Of a stretch of 64,000 nucleotides of DNA, positions 60,032-64,000 are shown one piece after another; the first letter of the stretch is position 1, and each line of letters begins with the position of its first letter. The position numbers and the translations under genes are program-made. The notes beneath the pieces were generated by a model. The model was given only the letters and a program-made list of their open reading frames with translations. It was not told the origin of the DNA and searched no databases. Source of the DNA: Candidatus Adlerbacteria bacterium (GTDB lineage: Bacteria; Patescibacteriota; Minisyncoccia; Phycocordibacterales; SBAW01); the NCBI GenBank assembly GCA_903884345.1, contig CAISEE010000046.1, positions 3,830 through 67,829 on the forward strand, given 5' to 3'.

Positions 60032-60107
60032 CACCCTTTTGTCTCATTTTGGGAGAGCCGCTTAGTAGCAAACGCGAACAGCGGCTCTTTACTTCTATGA
60101 CCCACCG

Positions 60108-60127
60108 TCTACGGAGGACTGTCCTCC
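60108..60127 (+). repeat. Repeated hairpin motif (copy 3, near-inverted variant)
   Basis: ACGGAGG-actgt-CCTCCGT followed by AAATTTTGATTTT. Confidence 0.5.
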
Positions 60128-60181
60128 GTAAATTTTGATTTTCCCCATCTGGGAAATAGAAACTGTGATAAACTTTGCAGC

Positions 60182-60481
60182 ATGAAGACACCACTATACT
60201 TGCACGCACTAGCTGTGTTTTGTTTGTATGTTATTTGGCATTTTACTATCGGATTGCAATACGGTCTCATGTACTCGTCGTTGCTCGTCGATATCGTCGC
60301 CTTCGCTTTGTATGTAATTTTATTTGCAGCAGGACTCGCGGTTGTGGGATCGATTTGGTTACCGACAAAATTTCGGTTTATCAACAGCCGTAGACGAGCG
60401 TACCTAGCTATAATCGTTGCGGCTTACTTCTTTTTGTCCATCGTTGGATTTATATGGGCGGTTGCAGCAGGAGGCATGTAG
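60182..60481 (+). CDS. Small integral membrane protein (99 aa)
   Basis: Three TM helices; AT-rich codon usage relative to surroundings. Confidence 0.5.
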   Translation: MKTPLYLHALAVFCLYVIWHFTIGLQYGLMYSSLLVDIVAFALYVILFAAGLAVVGSIWLPTKFRFINSRRRAYLAIIVAAYFFLSIVGFIWAVAAGGM

Positions 60482-60519
60482 GCTTGCCCTCGAAGACGCG
60501 TTCTCTGCAGTACCAAACT

Positions 60520-60558
60520 GAAAACCCGCCGCATCGTTTCGAATGCGGCGGGTTTTTC
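60520..60558. terminator. Bidirectional rho-independent terminator (end of rplE operon segment and of inserted cassette)
   Basis: aaaa-CCCGCCGCA-tcgtttcgaa-TGCGGCGGG-tttttcgg. Confidence 0.8.
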
Positions 60559-60568
60559 GGTAAAAAAA

Positions 60569-61108
60569 TTATTTCTTGAACGGGAGACCGAGGTGTTCGA
60601 GGTAGGCCAGGGCAGACTCGCGGGTGGTGGCGGTGGTGACGATGGTGATCGCCATACCGAAAACGTCCTTGAGCTCCTCGTCGGCGGTTTCAGGGAAGAC
60701 CGAGTGCTCTTTGATGCCGAGGGTGTAGTTGCCCATCTCGTCGACGGCGGTCTTGGAGATACCCTTGAAGTCTTTAGTACGCGGGAGGGCGACGTGGATC
60801 AGGCGGTTGAGGAAGTCCTCTTTGCGCTTGCCGCGCAGCGTCACCTGGTAGCCAATGACGTCGCCGATACGGGTCTTGAAGGTCGCGACGGCCTTCTTGG
60901 CGCCGCGGGAAATCGGCTTCTGGCCGGTGATCTTGGCGAGGCGGTCGATGACGAGGGCAATCTTTGCCTTGTCTTTGGTCATTTTGCCCACACCAACCGA
61001 CACGACAACCTTCTCGATCTTCGGGGTCTGCATGACGTTCGTCCACGCAAAGTCACCTTTGAGGGTCGAGTACGCGGTCTTCTGCTGTTCGTGTATAAGT
61101 TGGGTCAT
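60569..61108 (-). CDS. rplE: 50S ribosomal protein L5
   Basis: 179 aa; KIEKVVVSVGVGKMTKDKAKIALVIDRLAKITGQKP. Confidence 0.9.
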   Translation of the reverse strand: MTQLIHEQQKTAYSTLKGDFAWTNVMQTPKIEKVVVSVGVGKMTKDKAKIALVIDRLAKITGQKPISRGAKKAVATFKTRIGDVIGYQVTLRGKRKEDFLNRLIHVALPRTKDFKGISKTAVDEMGNYTLGIKEHSVFPETADEELKDVFGMAITIVTTATTRESALAYLEHLGLPFKK

Positions 61109-61141
61109 AGTGGTGTGTTACTTGTGGTGAGCGTAGTCGAA

Positions 61142-61420
61142 CTACTTCTTCTTGGCGACGCGCGTCTTCTTTGCCTTTGCCTCGGCCTTCACCTCGACGG
61201 TGCTCTTGACCTTGCTTGCGTGGATCGGATGGTGCTTGTCGATAATCTGCCCCTGCTGGCCTTCGCGGCGCGGCTTCTGGTGCTTTTTGTGAAAGCCCAC
61301 ACCCTCGACGACGACTTTGTTCTCTTTGGGGAACACCTCGATGACTTTGCCGGACTTGCCCTTCTCGGATCCCGAGAGGATGATCACGGTGTCACCTTTC
61401 TTTACGTGGAGAGTATTCAT
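61142..61420 (-). CDS. rplX: 50S ribosomal protein L24
   Basis: [29 protein letters not shown] (KOW motif). Confidence 0.9.
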   Translation of the reverse strand: MNTLHVKKGDTVIILSGSEKGKSGKVIEVFPKENKVVVEGVGFHKKHQKPRREGQQGQIIDKHHPIHASKVKSTVEVKAEAKAKKTRVAKKK

Positions 61421-61425
61421 AGGCG

Positions 61426-61806
61426 TTATACGACTTCCGGCGCGCGGGAGATGATAGTCTGATAACCAAGCTCCGAAAGCTCGCGCGGGATCGGGCCGAA
61501 GATGCGGCCAGCCTTGGGCTCCTGCGGGCTCCTGCCGGTGCCTTCGATAATCACGACGGCGTTCTCGTCGAAGCGCAGGTACGATCCGTCTTTTCGGCGA
61601 AACGGCTTCTTCTGGCGGACGACGACGGCCTTGAGGATGTCCTTCTTCTTGACGCCCTTGCGCGGCTCGGCGGTCTGGACCGACACGATCACGACCTCGC
61701 CGATCTCGGCGTAGCGCTTGTGGGACGAACCCGGCACCTTGAAGACGCGGGCGATCTTGGCGCCGGTGTTATCTGCAACTACAACGAGTGAGCGGTCTTG
61801 TATCAT
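61426..61806 (-). CDS. rplN: 50S ribosomal protein L14
   Basis: [24 protein letters not shown]. Confidence 0.9.
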   Translation of the reverse strand: MIQDRSLVVVADNTGAKIARVFKVPGSSHKRYAEIGEVVIVSVQTAEPRKGVKKKDILKAVVVRQKKPFRRKDGSYLRFDENAVVIIEGTGRSPQEPKAGRIFGPIPRELSELGYQTIISRAPEVV

Positions 61807-61807
61807 G

Positions 61808-62053
61808 TTAGTTAAATACGATTTCGAATGACTTCGTCTTCGACAACGGACGGCAGGAACGGATCACCACCTGCTCCCCTTCCTTGGCCTTGTTGCCCGG
61901 ATTGTGCGCGTGGTACTTCTTGGTGATCTTCATGTACTTCTTGTACTTGGGGTGCTTGACGTAGCGAAGCACCGCGACCACGGCCGTGTCCTGCATCTTG
62001 TCCGAGGTGACGACACCGCGAAGGGTTTTTCTGTTGGTGGTAATTGGTTCCAT
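61808..62053 (-). CDS. rpsQ: 30S ribosomal protein S17
   Basis: KTLRGVVTSDKMQDTAVVAVLRYVKHPKYKKY. Confidence 0.9.
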   Translation of the reverse strand: MEPITTNRKTLRGVVTSDKMQDTAVVAVLRYVKHPKYKKYMKITKKYHAHNPGNKAKEGEQVVIRSCRPLSKTKSFEIVFN

Positions 62054-62056
62054 ATG

Positions 62057-62251
62057 CTATTTCGAGTTACGTACGGTGAGCTCGGTCAGGCTGCGCGCAA
62101 TGTCCTTGCGGAGGGTGCGGGCGAGCTTTACGTTACGATTTTTACTCCCTGCGACGGAAAAACGCAAGGTGCGGAGCTCTTCGCGCTTACCGGCGACGAG
62201 ATTGTTGATCTCTTCGACGGAGTGGTTGATAAGGGTAAGTTTCTTTGACAT
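62057..62251 (-). CDS. rpmC: 50S ribosomal protein L29
   Basis: 64 aa; EELRTLRFSVAGSKNRNVKLARTLRKDIAR. Confidence 0.85.
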   Translation of the reverse strand: MSKKLTLINHSVEEINNLVAGKREELRTLRFSVAGSKNRNVKLARTLRKDIARSLTELTVRNSK

Positions 62252-62263
62252 ACAAATGTGGGG

Positions 62264-62683
62264 TTAGGCGCGGGCAACGACCTTAGCTTTCAGCGGGAGC
62301 TTCTTTGACGCACCGACCAAAGCCTTGGTGGCGATGACCTCAGAGACGCCGTCGACCTCGAAGAGGACACGTCCCGGCCAGATCTCGACCTCGTAGCCGA
62401 CCGGATCACCCTTGCCCTTGCCGAGCTTCACTTCAGGCGGCTTCTGGGTAAAGGGCTTGTCGGGGAAGATGCGCACCCAGACCTTGCCGGTCTTGCCCAA
62501 GGAGCGAGCGATCACCTTGCGGGCGCTCTCGATCTGGTTGGAGCGGACGCGAGCGTGAGTCACCGCCTTGAGGCCGTGGCTGCCGAAGGCGACCGTGATG
62601 CCACGCGAGGCGACCATGTCGCGCTTGGTGTTGCGACGCATCGTGTGCGATTTGCGGAATTTAACTTTCTTAGGGAAAAGCAT
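62264..62683 (-). CDS. rplP: 50S ribosomal protein L16
   Basis: MLFPKKVKFRKSHTMRRNTKRD... Confidence 0.9.
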   Translation of the reverse strand: MLFPKKVKFRKSHTMRRNTKRDMVASRGITVAFGSHGLKAVTHARVRSNQIESARKVIARSLGKTGKVWVRIFPDKPFTQKPPEVKLGKGKGDPVGYEVEIWPGRVLFEVDGVSEVIATKALVGASKKLPLKAKVVARA

Positions 62684-62689
62684 GGTAGT

Positions 62690-63358
62690 TTATTTATCTT
62701 TCTTGTCCCCCGCGAAGACCTCGCCGCGGTAGATCCAAACCTTGATGCCGGTGACGCCGAGCGGGAGGTTCGCACGCTCACGAGCGTAGTCGATGTCGGA
62801 GCGAAGCGTCTGGAGCGGAATGCGGCCCTTCTTGAGCTCCTCTTTGCGCGCCATCGAACCGCCGCCGAGCATACCGCCGAGCGCGATACGAACACCCTTG
62901 ACCTCGCGGTTGGCCATCACCTTCTCGATGGTCTGCTTGAGGACGCGGCGAAACGGCATGCGCTTCTCGAGCCCCTCTGCCACCATGTAGGCGACGATAG
63001 CGGCCGAGCTCTCGGGTGAGCGAATCTCCTCGATGTCGAGTTTGATCTCGGGCACCGCGAGTTGCTTTTTGGTAAGGAACGCGACGATCTTGTTGCGGAG
63101 CTTGACCGAGCCTTCACCGGAGCGGCCGATGATGACGCCCGGGCGCGAGGTCTTGATGACGATGCGGAGGGTCTTTTGGTTGCGCTCGATCTCGAGGCCG
63201 CCGATGTACATACCGCGCAGCTCCTTTTGGAGGTACTCGCGCAGGAGGATGTCCGCCTTCAAATACTCCTGGTACTTGCCGTCGTCGGCAAACCAGCGAT
63301 GACGCCAGTCACGGAGGGTTCCCAAACGGTGCGCATATGGATGGACAACTTTAGACAT
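62690..63358 (-). CDS. rpsC: 30S ribosomal protein S3
   Basis: MSKVVHPYAHRLGTLRDWRHRWFADDGKYQEYLKADILLREYLQKEL (KH domain). Confidence 0.9.
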   Translation of the reverse strand: MSKVVHPYAHRLGTLRDWRHRWFADDGKYQEYLKADILLREYLQKELRGMYIGGLEIERNQKTLRIVIKTSRPGVIIGRSGEGSVKLRNKIVAFLTKKQLAVPEIKLDIEEIRSPESSAAIVAYMVAEGLEKRMPFRRVLKQTIEKVMANREVKGVRIALGGMLGGGSMARKEELKKGRIPLQTLRSDIDYARERANLPLGVTGIKVWIYRGEVFAGDKKDK

Positions 63359-63362
63359 AGGA

Positions 63363-63701
63363 TTATTTCGTTTTCGGCGTTTTGCGGGTCAAAGAAAGCG
63401 TGACGTGGCTCGACTTCTTGCGGATGGCCGAGGCGCGTCCGCGAGCACGCGGCATCGAGCGGCGCAGGACGACGCCACCGTTGACCTCGATCTTCGAGAT
63501 GAAAACTTCACCTGCCGAGGCTCCCGAGTTGGCAACCGCCGACGAAATGAGCTTCTGAAGCGGCAGTGACGCGCGCTTCGGGAGGTTGGCGAGAAGTGCC
63601 AGTGCGCGCTCGGCGCTTTTGCCGCGCACGAGGTCAGCGACAAGACGCACCTTGCGCGGAGACTGTCGGTAGCTGTTGAGTGATGCGGTTGCGTCTGCCA
63701 T
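63363..63701 (-). CDS. rplV: 50S ribosomal protein L22
   Basis: SPRKVRLVADLVRGKSAERALALL. Confidence 0.9.
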   Translation of the reverse strand: MADATASLNSYRQSPRKVRLVADLVRGKSAERALALLANLPKRASLPLQKLISSAVANSGASAGEVFISKIEVNGGVVLRRSMPRARGRASAIRKKSSHVTLSLTRKTPKTK

Positions 63702-63707
63702 AAATGT

Positions 63708-64000
63708 TTATTTTTTCTTTGCGGCTGCGCCCTTAACGTCGGTGGCTGCCTTGGCTGCCTGTGCCGAAGCGATCTCAGAGGCCTTGGCCTTCTGTTCCAT
63801 CTCCTTCTGCATCTTACCGCCGTGGCGGAGGAACTTCTTCGTCGGCGAGAACTCACCCAGGCGATGACCCACCATATCCTCGGAGACGAGAACTTCGATG
63901 TGGTTTTTACCGTTGTGCACGCCAAACTTGAAGCCGACCATCTCCGGGGAAATCTGGGAGCGGCGCGCCCACGTCTTAATAACCTCAGTCGTCTGTGGCT
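63708..64000 (-). CDS. rpsS: 30S ribosomal protein S19 (partial; N-terminus beyond window end; Lys/Ala-rich C-terminal extension)
   Basis: The frame continues upstream of the track start: ...[47 protein letters not shown]. Confidence 0.9.
   Translation of the reverse strand, partial: PQTTEVIKTWARRSQISPEMVGFKFGVHNGKNHIEVLVSEDMVGHRLGEFSPTKKFLRHGGKMQKEMEQKAKASEIASAQAAKAATDVKGAAAKKK

Overview
This is a 64-kb, GC-rich (~60%) bacterial chromosomal window that is densely coding and mostly housekeeping. Reduced metabolism, a type IV pilus plus ComF competence locus, a zinc-type S14 and extended ribosomal proteins suggest, by inference only, a small-genome CPR/Patescibacteria-like lineage.

Main contents, in coordinate order:
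- **1-0.9 kb:** the 5' part of NAD-dependent DNA ligase ligA, minus strand, running off the window start.
- **0.9-12.7 kb:** a complete minus-strand type IV pilus (T4P) operon. It reads pilM, pilN-like, pilO-like, a small membrane protein, pilB, pilT, pilC, three tandem pilin paralogs, the prepilin peptidase pilD and four minor pseudopilins. comFC is transcribed divergently from pilM.
- **13.4-30.5 kb:** tRNA-Ser(GCU), msrB, a BI-1 family protein, a CapA-like protein, an HD hydrolase, a frameshifted kup potassium transporter, a cyclophilin, an ECF sigma factor with two membrane proteins, malic enzyme, recG, an unusual tRNA with UAU anticodon, and pyrD.
- **30.5-38.7 kb:** ftsH, smpB, and a tmRNA (ssrA) recognised by eye from its E. 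coli-like 3' end and G3:U acceptor pair. Downstream of ssrA is a ~4.8-kb accessory stretch with a frameshifted GIY-YIG nuclease, a SET-domain protein, DUF2795 and several orphan proteins.
- **38.7-47.8 kb:** a class IV aminotransferase, glmS, an NRAMP transporter, an SNase-like nuclease, infC-rpmI-rplT, a LOG-family protein, an MBL/beta-CASP hydrolase and ndk.
- **47.8-64 kb:** the S10/spc ribosomal cluster on the minus strand, running rpsS (partial) through rplE, then rpsZ through secY, then gmk, cmk, adk and map.

Most notable points:
- The conserved rplE-rpsZ junction of the spc operon is split by a ~5.9-kb cassette on the opposite strand. The cassette carries an ABC transporter, orphan proteins, a Tat-signal protein and small membrane proteins. 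A near-consensus promoter plus a hairpin/U-tract leader sits directly against the rpsZ AUG.
- Three separate frameshifts sit in A/T homopolymers (kup, GIY-YIG, a small membrane protein). This points to homopolymer indel errors in the assembly, or less likely genuine slippage.
- A 20-nt hairpin (GGAGG...CCTCC) recurs as an exact copy at two plus-strand gene ends, with a third near-copy.
- Clean rho-independent terminators are visible at many gene ends.
- No CRISPR array, rRNA, or transposase/integrase genes were seen.
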